From the NCBI GenBank assembly GCA_029953675.1, contig JAMWBK010000001.1:2728001-2792000 (forward strand): a DNA stretch of 64,000 nt, in the 5' to 3' direction. The translations under genes were made by a program, and so were the position numbers. Shown piece by piece: positions 24,954-36,660 of this stretch (the first letter of the stretch is position 1; each line of letters starts with the position of its first letter). Under the pieces are notes generated by a model that did no database searches, was not told the origin of the DNA, and was given only the letters and a program-made list of their open reading frames with translations. Source of the DNA: Rhodosorus marinus CCMP1338. Taxonomy: Eukaryota > Plantae > Rhodophyta.

Positions 24954-27072
24954 CTTCCGTAGGGGGTTTGGATTGATTTGACGGCGTCATCCGCGGGGAT
25001 GTGGTTAATGTGGTGTAGCTGTTCTTCAGTCAGGATAGACCGCGTGCGCTTTCATTGTTCTCAGCCTCTTGTAGGCCATTGAAGACGGCAACGTGCTTTT
25101 ACTGAGCGAAAAAAAGCCCAGCGGCGTCCAGCATGTTCATAGAAGCTGGGAACGAGCCCCATCGTATCCAGTCGGGCAAGCGTAGTCGATGAACATGTTG
25201 AGAGGGGGTCCACTTGGGTGATGAGGCCGCTTTCACTTGCAGCCTATGTTGCTAGTAAATGGCAGTACTTTTTGGTTGGACATTAGCCAAGTCGCCAGTT
25301 CGATTGACATCGACCACAGTGCGGGTTTGATGAATGTGGCTCTAGTCACCAAAACAAAACCCAGATTCCGAAACCACGATACACATGCCAATTCGCCGGT
25401 TTGACGAACATCGAGAAAGGCGCGAGGGTTGATGAATATATCACTGCTCACCAACCGAAGCGAATCATGGTCCTCCCGATTCGCGCATCTGACCAACATC
25501 GCCCCAAATCAACCAAGGTAAAAGGAGACACCGACACAAGGCTCTACATTCCAGGGGAAACAGTGTCAGGACATTCTCATCTTCTATGTGCATTGCCAAA
25601 AAGGGTCTCGGTTACCACGCCATACTTGTCGATTCAAAAATCCCTCCCGCAAGACAGCGCTTTCCGCGTCACTCTGCTTTGCTCTGGTTTACCAACCGGA
25701 ACCAGCGCGAATAAAACGCCTGCGGAAGCCTCGTGGCAATAGCCAGTCGCGCACGAATTTCCCCCCTCTCTCCCCCCCCTCCCCCACCCCTCGTAAAGCA
25801 GATTGCAAACCCACTTTCTATGAAAGCGCATTCTCCGCATCCCCAAAAGACTCCATCCATTCAACGACCAAAAAAAAACAACGAGAAAACCTGGAAACAA
25901 AAAAAATCACATTTCTTGCTCCCCCCCCCCCTCACAATCATCGAAAACTAGAATATATCGTTATGTATTTTAAATTATTTATTAACTGATCACATCTGAT
26001 ATCGTAATCACCCCTCTTTTCATTAATACAAGAATTCGGAAAACTAACATTGGGAAAATATCTTGATTTTTTGTCCCTTTCGAAAGAGATGGAAGATCTC
26101 CAAAACTTGGATCACGTTTTACGATATTTTCAAACACTTTTTGGTTTTATAAGAACGTGACGACCATGGATCCCCCGAGGATGAGGGGTGTGGACAATAT
26201 ATTTCCAAATTCATATTTATTTTAAATGAATTACAAATATATTAAAAATAAACACCTTTCAAAATCAAAACAATATTCAATAAAACGTCGACGCGTAAAA
26301 TATTCCCAATCAATATACCAAAATAACCAATCAAACCTCTCATGAATCTTTCCAAAAAGAATTTTTAAAAATCCTCTAATAATACTACATTATTACCAAC
26401 ATCTCAAAATACCGGCAAACTACGGCCATTCATTTTCCTCCTCAACGTCGTACCCTCATGAAATATCCTTAATACAATACGAAATCATCTCGTTTAGTTC
26501 ATATTTAACAACGCATCAACCTCCTCCATTTCTTTAGAAGAGTTTTTAACCGTCATCTCTTATTGATAGAATAATCAATCTATAATATATATTAATCCTA
26601 TTATAAAAACTTTTAACGGTTATGTTGATTGATTAACTTTTGACACTTAAAAATGGTTAATATGTAAATATCTGGAAAATGTCCAAAAAACAAAAACAAA
26701 ACATCCAATCCGTAGCAAACAGAGTGAGAAAGGAAAACGGTGCTTGGCCGGTTTTCTATTGGGGGGACTTGGGCATCCGTTGGGGGGGGTGTGAAGAGGG
26801 GGAGAGTGAGTGTCCTGAGAGACATTGCACTGTTCGTCTGTGAACGAACAGTTGAGAAAGGGATGGTAGATAATGAGGAGCTGAAGGGGAATAAATTTTG
26901 GACAGGCTGTATAAGTGAAGGGAGATTTTTTGAGGGGGAAGGGAGAGGGTGAGGGTGAGTGCAGGTGGAGGGGCTGTTTGGATGATGTGAGCGGATTCTG
27001 GGGATGGGGGTGGGGGGGAATGGGGACGGGGATGGACGATGACTGGATTGGGAGGATTTGTGAAGGATAGGG

Positions 27073-28539
27073 ATGGTGATGGGTTTTGCGGTATTGAATG
27101 GTGGGGTCTGCAAGCGACCCCGAGGTCGGAGTTTGTGTCAGTTGGACGGTGGGGAGGGGAGATCGAATGGGACGGCTGTGGTGGTGGGGGGTGGGCCGAC
27201 GGGTTTGGGGTGTGCGATGGTCTTGGCGAAGCAGGGCTGGGACGATGTGATTGTTGCGGAGAGGTTGCCTGGCTGTGGGCCTCAGGCGTCGTCGAGAGAG
27301 TATACATATGCTCTGAAGAAGAGGACTCTGAGGTTTGCTCAGGTGATGGGGTTTGAGGACCAGCTTCGACATGAGGGGGTGGCGATCAATCGACTGTTGC
27401 TGGAGGTGATTGACAAGTCCCCGGAGAGGAAGAGGGTGGAGATGAATACCCATGGTGAGGATGGAGTCCTGTATATGAGAAGAAAGAAGCTCCTGGAAGT
27501 GCTCACGGATCAGATTGAAGACCACTACTTCAACTCTGTGTCGATCATGTTCGAGACGCAGTGCGTTGTCAAGAATGACGACTCGGGAAAGCTTGTTGTG
27601 GAGCTGCGCAACCCGGAAGGCGATTTGGTCAGAACGGTACTTCCGAAGCTCATACTGGCTTGCGATGGCGTGCACTCAAAGGTTCGGACCACGTTTGAGA
27701 AAACCTACCCCCAACGGTTCGGGCGGAAGATCAGGTCCAGTCCGTCGGCAGGGCTGCTGTACAAAGCGCTTCTAATAAAGGGTGATGCGTTGAATACATC
27801 GATGCATACCTCAGTGATCTTGAGAGGAGGTAGCAAACCTAAAAGGCAGTACCTTCAGGTGGGACTGTTTCCGAGTCACGAGGAGGACGCCCGACGGATT
27901 GGCTCCATCGTCTTGCCGGAGGACAATGATCTGTGGAAGATTGATAACTGTGATGAGTGCTACGAGTACTTTCAGCAGCACTTCCCGAGAATCTCTGTAC
28001 GCGATATCATCGATCGGGACGATATGAAATTGTTTTTGTCATCGACACCCGGGAGGTTCCCTCACATTCAGTGGTCGACCGGGTTTCATTCGGTATCCGA
28101 GAACGCGGCGTACGTGATCCTTGGTGACGCGGCACACTCCACTCCTCCGGACATTGGCGAAGGAGTGAACTGCTGCATGGAAGACCTTCACGTGCTGCAC
28201 GACAGCCTGCAGCGACACGGAGACGATCTCGCAGCCGCACTGGAAGAGTTCGAGAAGGCTCGGCGTTCCGACGTGGAGGCCCTGATGAGGATTAGCCGAT
28301 ACGCGCATCCGTACCTCTACAACCAGAATCCACTAATGAAGAAGCTCTGGACCGCGGAACTGGCCCTGCGCGTGGTCCTCAACAAGCTCCTCCCGGCAGC
28401 GTTCGACCAACATATCATCTTCTTGATCAATCAGTACTCCTACTCCGAGGCGCTCAGGAGAGACTTGCGCACCAAGACTAGGATCTCCTTCCTCACCGTC
28501 GCCTCCCTGAGCGCTCTACTGTACTACCTAAATATATAA
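27073..28539 (+). CDS. FAD-dependent monooxygenase, kynurenine 3-monooxygenase-like, intronless
   Basis: 488-aa ORF with VVVGGGPTGL (GxGxxG), LACDGVHS (DG), ILGDAAHSTPPDIGEGVN (GD) and a C-terminal hydrophobic helix. Confidence 0.85.
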   Translation: MVMGFAVLNGGVCKRPRGRSLCQLDGGEGRSNGTAVVVGGGPTGLGCAMVLAKQGWDDVIVAERLPGCGPQASSREYTYALKKRTLRFAQVMGFEDQLRHEGVAINRLLLEVIDKSPERKRVEMNTHGEDGVLYMRRKKLLEVLTDQIEDHYFNSVSIMFETQCVVKNDDSGKLVVELRNPEGDLVRTVLPKLILACDGVHSKVRTTFEKTYPQRFGRKIRSSPSAGLLYKALLIKGDALNTSMHTSVILRGGSKPKRQYLQVGLFPSHEEDARRIGSIVLPEDNDLWKIDNCDECYEYFQQHFPRISVRDIIDRDDMKLFLSSTPGRFPHIQWSTGFHSVSENAAYVILGDAAHSTPPDIGEGVNCCMEDLHVLHDSLQRHGDDLAAALEEFEKARRSDVEALMRISRYAHPYLYNQNPLMKKLWTAELALRVVLNKLLPAAFDQHIIFLINQYSYSEALRRDLRTKTRISFLTVASLSALLYYLNI

Positions 28540-28671
28540 CCTTCCCCTGTTCGCGGTACTGTTTGTACGAAGTTTTTGTAGAGAAGAGACAGCAAATTGA
28601 AAGCTTGTTCCCATGAAGAGAATTGTGCCTTTCCAGTTGCCCGTTTGGTTTAGATAGTCGTTCCTCAAGGC

Positions 28672-29127
28672 ATGCCTTGGGACCTTTCATTCGCGGGCGT
28701 TTTCTGCTTATTGCGGCGCATGGTTCTGGTCGCGGCACCGCGGCGTCGCTACGCAGGTAGTAACGAACCCACAGGACGGTCCGATCATCGGAAACTGGGC
28801 TTGTGGGTCCTTGGCGTGTTTCCTTTTCTTGGTCTTTTCCTTGTCCTGCTTTCTAGTATAGCCCTAATCCTCAACAAGAAAGAAACTCAAGTTTGTACAA
28901 ATAATAAAGACACGAAAGGATCCCTACGGGACTATCAACGGATCCAGGAGCTGCTCAAGCCTGATAAAAGCGCTCCTCGGGAAGATCCCAGATCGCCTGC
29001 GAGTGACGAAAAAGTCTCCAACGGGCCACTCCTAAGAGAAGGGATTATACTGCAGAACCTTCTGGCTTTCTCATATGATCTCGTCCTTTCGGCTTTTGGC
29101 CGGTGCGGCCAGGACGGCTTGGGGTGA
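28672..29127 (+). CDS. Possible small single-pass membrane protein
   Basis: 151-aa ORF with hydrophobic LGLWVLGVFPFLGLFLVLLSSIALIL. It fills the gap between two genes; no family recognised. Confidence 0.35.
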   Translation: MPWDLSFAGVFCLLRRMVLVAAPRRRYAGSNEPTGRSDHRKLGLWVLGVFPFLGLFLVLLSSIALILNKKETQVCTNNKDTKGSLRDYQRIQELLKPDKSAPREDPRSPASDEKVSNGPLLREGIILQNLLAFSYDLVLSAFGRCGQDGLG

Positions 29128-29130
29128 CAA

Positions 29131-30632
29131 TTACAAGTTTCTCCAGAAATCGGACTTGAGGATCAAAGATTGCGGCTTTTTTTCCTTCTTGAAGAGGTCC
29201 TGTTGTGGCTGCTGTCTTCGATCGACGAACGGTTTGAGTTCGTACTGTTCCTCTTCCTCCTCCCAGTGGACTTCTTCCACGCTGAGGTCATCAAAGCACA
29301 GAGCGCCGAGGTACCCGGCGTTGAAGTCGTCCACGAACTTTAGTGCATTCTGTTTGTCGGTGTTCCCGTCCATGTGGTTGAGTACGCGATGAATTCTGTC
29401 GGTAGGCTGTTTCAGCCCGTACCTCTCGACGTAATAAAACTTCTTCGCCTCGTTAAGTTTGAAGAGAATGTAGTCGGCAACTTCGACCTGCATAAAGTCA
29501 AACTCACGCGCGATGTGGGGCAGGTTGCACGACTTTGCGGCGGCTAGCTTGTAAGGTGACTCCAAGTCCCTTTTGATCGACGACGCTGGTGGGAACAGGC
29601 CCGGAGTATCGATAAGCATCAGGTTGGGCTTTTCGTTGAACCAGTACGATTTGGTTCTGATCGTCTCCCCTGCGTGGTCGGCGACTACGGGAGCATGGTA
29701 CAGCTTCTTCTTCTTCTTCTTCTTCGTCAGCTCCTTCGAAACAATGTATATGAAACTGCTCTTTCCAACGTTGGGAACACCCACCACAAGCGCCTTCTTC
29801 ACCTGCTGCTTCACCGGAAATCCGTTCTGAAGCATCAGCTCCTTGATTTTCGCGCAGGCGGGACGGAGCAGCTTGGTCCGGTACTTCTTACAGTTCCTCA
29901 GGTCTTCGAAGAAAATCTGGACACAACACAGAGAAGCAGTCAGGGAGGCAGTTTTTCCTCTAACAAAGATTCCAATCAGACAGCAGGCTGTCGCTCCTTT
30001 CTTACATGGTCTTCTGGGATATTGAGTTCTTGAATCGTATAATCTTTTACAGTTTCCCTTTCTTCCATAGAAAAGTTCTCGACGTGGGTGTAGACGACGA
30101 CCGTCTGGAAGTTCTTCTCCCTCCTCCACACGCGAAAGAGTGGGTGGGTGCCAGTCTTCGGTAGCCGCATATCCCGAATCTCGATCATCACTTCGATAAG
30201 GTTCATGTCACGAATCTCCCTCATCGTCTTCTTCATCGGTGCATCCCACCATTCGACGTTCCTCTTGCACCGAAACTCATCCCGAAAGTCGATCCCGTTC
30301 AGTTCATAATCAATCTCCCTCAATACAAACCCTTCCTCGTCGATCACCTCCTCAACGGGCTCAATTCGTTCCACCTCACCAGCCCTCTCCTTGTTTGGTA
30401 CGTTTGCCGACCAAGGAATCACCCCTCCCTCTTCATAGTTCACCTCATCTTCCCACTCACCCTCAGAAAATATGCTCCGCCTACCCCCCACAGCATCCAC
30501 CCGAACCCGACACCTCCTCGTCGAACCCACAAACCCGTTCACAACCTTCTCATCAACTCCAGAGCAACGGGAAATCCTTTCAAACCCGTTGCCAACCCCC
30601 AAACCAACTCCTACAAAGCCCAAGTTATCCAT
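29131..30632 (-). CDS. Circularly permuted GTPase of the RbgA/YlqF/MTG1 family, probably organelle-targeted, spliced
   Basis: EVMIEIRDMRLP; G1 VVGVPNVGKSS; G3 LIDTPG; ADYILFKLN; KFVDDFNAGYLGALCFD; transit-like start MDNLGFVGVG. Confidence 0.88.
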
Positions 30633-31176
30633 ATTTGCCCTTCTTCCCCTCGTCAAACTCTCTCACTCCTCAAAACCCTCACCTAAGAACCTCTCACCCG
30701 TGCAAAACACCTTCCCTAAAGCGCACACCTTCAAATCGTCAGAACCTAAACCCTCCTCACCACGTCCGACGTCCTCAACGACAGAACATGTAACCTCCTC
30801 TTCATACAAACAAAAAAAAAAAAAGCTTATCTCGAAAACAAACCATAAAACCCTACTCTCTACGATTCCATTCCCCTACTTCTCCTACCCTCCTCGTCCC
30901 TCCTACCCCTTCCTTCCCCTACACACAAACACACCACCACCCCCCCAACATAAAACAACTTCCAAGCCTCTCCTCCCCCTCTTCCAACCCAGTCTCCGCA
31001 CACCACCACCCAACTCCCCCTTCACCCCTTCCAACCCAGCCTCTCTCATCACCAACACCATCCAACTCTCTCCTTCACCACTTCCAACCCCATCTCTCTC
31101 ATCACCACCACCAGCCAAACTCTCTCCCTCACCTCATCCAACTCCGCTCTGTCACCACCAGCACCACCAACCCACT

Positions 31177-31870
31177 CTCTCCTTCACCAGTGGCAAGCTG
31201 TCTGCTCGGCTTCCTTATGGCGCTGATCAGGAAGGCGCCGTAAGTACTCACTCCCGGCGAAGCCCTAAAAAACCTCGAGCTTTTCTGTTTCGTCCACCGC
31301 GAGCAACCGTCTCCTTCACCAGGACGAGCTGAAGCAGCTCGGCTTCTTCCTCATGACGCTGATCAAGGCGTCGTAACTAGTCACTCCCGGCGAAGCCTTA
31401 AAAAACTTCGGGCTTTTCTGTTCCGTTTCTAACGGGGTCTGCTCTGGTCTTCACCACGAGCAACCGTCTCCTTCACCAGGACAAGCTGAAGCGCTCGGCT
31501 TCCTTCCTTATGTTGCTGATCAGGAAGGCGTCGTAGCTACTCACTCCCGGCGAAGCCTTAAAAACCCTCGGGCTTTTCTGTTCCGTGTCTAACGGGGTCT
31601 GCTCTGGTCTTCACCACGAGCAACCGTCTCCTTCACCAGGACAAGCTGATTCGCTTGGCTTCCTTCCTTATTACGCTGATCAGGAAGGCGTCGTAGCTAC
31701 TCCCTCCCAGCGAAGCATTAAAAAACCTCAGGCTTTTCTGTTCCGTGTCTAACGGGGTCTGCTCTGGTCTTCACCAGGACAGGCTGAAGCGCATGGCTTC
31801 TTCCCTCCTGCGCTGATCAGGAAGGCGTCGCTCCCTGGCGAACAATGCAAAAACCTCGGGCTTTTTTGTT
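31177..31870. repeat. Tandem array of five 110-160 bp units
   Basis: Recurrent caccaggacaagctga...gctgatcaggaaggcgtcg...actcccggcgaagcc...aaaaacctcgggcttttctgttccgt. The period is 160 between 31441 and 31601. Confidence 0.95.
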
Positions 31871-32626
31871 ATCGTGACAGGCTATGAGGAAATCTAACGG
31901 TGTTTGCTCTCATTTATTCTTCCCATAATGATGCGACGAAACCGGAGCGAGTACCTGGACGCCTTCCTGTTCCGTGTGGACAGGCTAGAAGGAATTTTCC
32001 TGGGTCTTTGCTCGGCGTCGTGGAGCTGCAGGTAGCGCCAAGCAAAGCTTCAAATAGATATAGTACAATGCGATCCAAACCTCCCCGCACGCACTTCGGA
32101 CTACTAAAGCTGCTGACCGGTCGCAGCTTGACTACCGGGGTGAAGCTAATGAGGACGAGGGTCTGCAGTATTAGTCCTCACAGTGGCCGCGAAGCTTCCC
32201 AGGGAGAGGCTCAGCGTCCGCTATCGAAGCTGAAGGCAGGGGATCTGTAGCAAGTGCACAACTGGACTTCTCCCGGGCCGTCACTCGCTCCCCGAACCAC
32301 TAGGCTTGGGGCGCGCCTAGTCGAAGCTCTTCTACGAAAAGGAGCTGTGCAGAAGCGAGCATAAGACGTTGACGCTTCACTACAGCTCGTACGAACTACT
32401 CAGTATCCAAGTAAGTTTCAACTCGGTCCTCCGCCAGGAACGTGAACCTCGTCGATAAGTCAGCAACAAGGACCGCAAGGTCGGTCTCTGTGGCGACCTG
32501 CTCCCTGCCGCCGTTACTCGTTTGGGTATGTGGAGCAGGAAGCTGGAAAAGAGCGCAATCTGGGCTACTTTCGCTTTCTCGTTCGGCGGATGAACGCTTG
32601 CGTTTACGCGGCGGAACCCGATGACG

Positions 32627-34316
32627 TTATCTTTTAACCCGCGCGAAATCTAATAGACAGTATTCTTTCTGAAGCTGGACGACATTTCCGCTCGCATCGA
32701 ACGTCCTGAAAGAACATGAAAAGATCACCGGCGCGGGTGGTGGGGGGTTAGGTTCCTTTTTGTTCCATCGATTCGGGTCATTGCCTTTTTTTCCAACTCA
32801 CAGATTGTCCTTTTTCGTGTCGTGTCCGTCCTTGTCGATGTGGGCATACATACAACCTGAAAGAAGATCGAATCAACCAAAGGAACCCCGCTGTGAGAGA
32901 CCGATCGTCAACGCTTAAGAAAGTGGCGTGTTTGACGGAGAAAAGTAGCACTCAACTGGTGGAAAATGGACATGATCCATCACCGTTCTTGAAGTTCCTA
33001 CATGGGATTGTAGAGAGCTTATCTCTATACTGCTCGAACATCTCTTCCCGTTCCTTCTCGTCTTTGATGAAGTAAGGACTAGAGCAGCAATCGACGTGGA
33101 AAAATACTATCACTTCAGAAACCCCTCAGGGCAGGATGCCAAATGCCGCTCGCTCTGACCTACCTTGGAATGACGACCCATGTCTCTACCCGACAGACAG
33201 GACAGTGTCTCACAGCAGTCCCAAAGTCTTCTTGGTTTCCTCGCCATTCTCCTGAACCAAGCGATGAACCAAGCGATGAACCAAACGATGAGAGCGACGA
33301 CAAGGTCAGACAAGCGATCACCGGGGCATTGCGGCTCAGGACGAGGATCTTCAGCTCGAGCACGGGGGGAGGGTTGGGGAGAAGTTTTCTTACGAATACA
33401 TTCCAGACAGAAGGAATGGTCACAGCCTCTAAGCAGACCAAATTTCCGCCTTTTCAGAACAGGCTTCTCGTAGCAGATCCCTGCCACACATAAACGTCTG
33501 TATTGAGTCTCACAAACCAAATTATTGTGGTGGTTTGCTTGAGTTTCTAGCTCTCACCGCAGTCGATGTCTTTCGACTCCTCGATTTTGCTGAAGAAGTC
33601 GGCCTTTAGGACACAGCTATTTACATGTTTGTCAGCCTCTTCCGGGTCGTTTGGATGCAGAACGTTCCTCAAACAGCTGGGACACTGGTTTCCGTGTTGA
33701 TACCTAAGCATCGCATTGAAAGGATCGATTGTTAGCGGATGGCGCTAGCTTCGGTGGCACGCTGTACACTCATAGCTTACCTGCAGTGTTCTCCGTATCG
33801 ACATTCGCCTTTGACGTGGAATGAGCAAAGAATATCGGAGCCTGGAACTGCAGCGGCGGATGCGCTCTGTTGCTCGAGTCCACGAGAACGTCGCTGAGGT
33901 TCGCCGCTTCCAGCGACGTCGGCATACTTTGCTTTGCTCTGCAAAACATCATACATTTTCGAAGCCCCGCTTCCGCCTTCTTCGACGTCGAACAACGCAT
34001 CGTACAGCGCTTTAAAATCTGTCAACCCAGATGAGTCGGCAGCCATCGGCGGCGCTCCAGAAATATCTTCCGGCGCTCTCTGAACAAAATTTTGGACATC
34101 GGGTCTTATCAGTACCGACGGACCTTTCCGAAGGAGCGAAGAAGGTGACAAACGGAACGCTAAGCTTCAGAAAAACACTCTCTAAAACAGATTCTCTGCT
34201 GTTACAAGCATACCAGAATTACCAGGTCGGCTAACGTCGTGCCGAAAGCGACAGCTCTCTCCATTTCTACATTTTCCTTCCAAGAAAAACTTGCAAGCAA
34301 TGGGAATCGCGCTCAT
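32627..34316 (-). CDS. MKRN: Makorin RING finger protein (CCCH, CCCH, RING, CCCH), spliced
   Basis: MSAIPIACKFFLEGKCRNGESCRFRHD; CSFHVKGECRYGEHCR; LHPNDPEE...SKDIDC|GICYEKP...FGLLRGCDHSFCLECIR|EWR...CPVCRV; PCRNFKNGDGSCPF..CMYAH. Confidence 0.92.
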
Positions 34317-35306
34317 CCTTCTTCCTCAGACGGAGAGCTTCTTCGTGCCCAGTCTCAAACGTCAGAATCTGGCTCGAGATAAATCCAAAGCCTTCTTCAG
34401 AAGTATCAGAACCTGAGGTCTTCACCCACACAGATATATCGCCGCGCGGCCCTCTGCGGCGAAAAACCTCTCTCCAAGGTGGATGAAACGAGTCTCAGAA
34501 GACGTATACAAAACCAAAGACGAATGAAGTTGTCGTAGACAGAAGTTTTTACAGTCTGTTACCAAACTCTAGCACCTTCATGCTCTCACAGAGCTCCTCA
34601 AGCGTCCTCAACAAGCTTTGCAGTCAGGAATCCATGTTTGAGCTTTTTCAGAACGTCGCACGGAGTGTCCCAATCTCATACTGTCCCATATGTAAATTTG
34701 GGACAGGACAAATATCGTACAACGTACTAATATTTAGTACAGATCTACCTTGCACGCCGTGCTTTTCCTATCGACGTCGAGTCTCCGTAGTGGAGGAGGA
34801 TTTGGATGAATAGATTCTAATTGTGATTTTAGTCTGAACGGCTGTGCGGAGGTGGCAGAAAAAAATCACGCTGAACTCCTTCCCTTGCGGCCCGCGTCCG
34901 GGCAGGCAGGGGAGGTTAATCCTGCCCGTTGCTGGCGAGTATCACAAATTGCACTTTCCTGCCCGATCGTTCAAACGCCTATCATTGTGGGCAATCTCAC
35001 CACACCTTCACCATCTGCTCCGATCTGCTCTGATCCTGTGCACCACTGAACACGAGCTTTTACAGAGGACGAACTCAATAGCAAAATCTGCTTTCTTAGA
35101 TCATTATCGGACAAGAGTAGCTCCAGATGAGAACGTCAATTCGAATGTCATCGAACCCATTTTTTGCTGCCTTCTCGAAAGTCGATCATCACTCTCCATC
35201 AGTCTGACAGCTGTTTTTAGAGCACTCCAAAGAGAATGGCTGAGGGCATCCTGCAACTTTGCAACAGGCTTCAATGGTATGTTCTCCTTGGCTAGCTTAG
35301 TGCTGG

Positions 35307-36660
35307 ATGGATGGAATATATTTTACATTCGCGTTCTCCATTGGAAACGCTGTATCTCGGAGAAACAGGAGGGCTTCTTTAGCCCTGTGCCATCCGCATG
35401 TGACTACCTCAGGCGATCCCAAGATGCAGGACGTCCTGGTCAACTTTCGCGATGCGGCAGTTGGCTTCGATAAGATTCGTAGTGGCCTTCTTTTCCGGAG
35501 CGCTGTTCCTCAAAACAAGGTGAAAGAGAAGCTCGAGATGCTGCTCCTCTTGCGAGCCAGTAGCGCTCTTCAGCGAGGCTTACCTCACGATGTGTTGTTT
35601 TTTGGCGCTGTGAAACCAGGAAAGCAGGAAGCTTCTTCGAGGATTTACGCTAGTCGACTTGAGAACTCCCTTAGAAAGAAAAAACCTCAGAGATGCTCTC
35701 GATGTGGAAGGTAGTTTCATTCTCCAATCGCTGCGAAAAACGTCAGGCAGGACAACTGAAAACCCCGTCATCCACAGATTCTGAAAGCAAATGGATCGAG
35801 GCAAGCCTGTTCAAGGGGAGGGACTTCGTTCGGGTATCGGCAAACCAGGTCGGCTGGATGAACCTCATTCTTGGCGCGCTGCAGTACAAATTTGATCCTG
35901 CAGCTGGAGGACGTCGCTACTTTGGTCAGTTCAACGCACTGGGCTTGGATACTTTCATCAAGTTCATGCTTGAAGCCTCAAAGCCCAGGCTCGCGGAGAC
36001 CATCCGACTGATCACGGACGAGAGAAACTTACCGTCGCTAACTTTTTGCACTGCCGGGAAGGACAGAACGGTGAGCGATCGCGCATCACAGCGAGAAGAA
36101 GCCCGCACTTCATTCCGCTTAACAATTTCCCGTCGATGAAACGGAACGCTAGGGCATCGTATGGGCATTGCTGCTTGTCGTCCTTGGCGCGAGCCACGAA
36201 CAAGCTGCAGCTGATTTCGCAATCTCAGAAGATCTTATTAAGAAGCATCCTGAATACTACCAGTTCGTCGGAGGCAAGCCATGCCCTTGGAGACTATAAG
36301 CGCAGCCACTGTTCATCCCTTCGATAGAGAAATGACCCACTTTTGCCTATGTTTGCATCCCATTCGTTTCTTTCCGAACTAGACAAGCTCGAAGTCATCG
36401 GAATGTCCAGAGAGCTGTTCATGGCATCTCCGTATGAAACCATGAGCGTGACCCTCGCGACGATCGGTGAGGACTATGGGGGCGTTGAGTCGTTCCTCGA
36501 CTCGGTTGGTAGGTAGAAAGACAAGAGCATTGTGCGGCCTTTGTAGGGTCAAGGACTTAACTACTTCGCTCTCGTTTTCCCTGATTATATATATATGTAA
36601 TTTACAGGATTCAGCTTTGAAGAGCAGCGCAGCTTAAGATGTCGCTTGCTCAGAACTTAG
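35307..36660 (+). CDS. Tyrosine-phosphatase family protein (Y_phosphatase3/PtpB-like), spliced
   Basis: NFRDAA; GLLFRSA; VDLRTPLE; catalytic loop FCTAGKDRT; DYGGVESFL; GFSFEEQRSLR. Confidence 0.82.

Noticed and set aside
24924-25020. Permuted tRNA (3' half at 24924 plus gcgggga 5' strand at about 24993)
   Set aside because: Acceptor pairing needs three G-U pairs and a mismatch, and no D arm or anticodon arm can be built.
25150-25170. acgatggggctcgttc (minus strand), like the RNase MRP CR-V
   Set aside because: No complementary CR-I/P4 strand (GAAAGTCCCC-like) upstream.
31177-31870. CRISPR-like array
   Set aside because: Eukaryotic context, whole units are repeated with no unique spacers, and there are no cas genes.
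34320-35300. ORF 34844-35473 and minus-strand fragments between makorin and the phosphatase
   Set aside because: No recognisable family or consistent spliced model; left unannotated.
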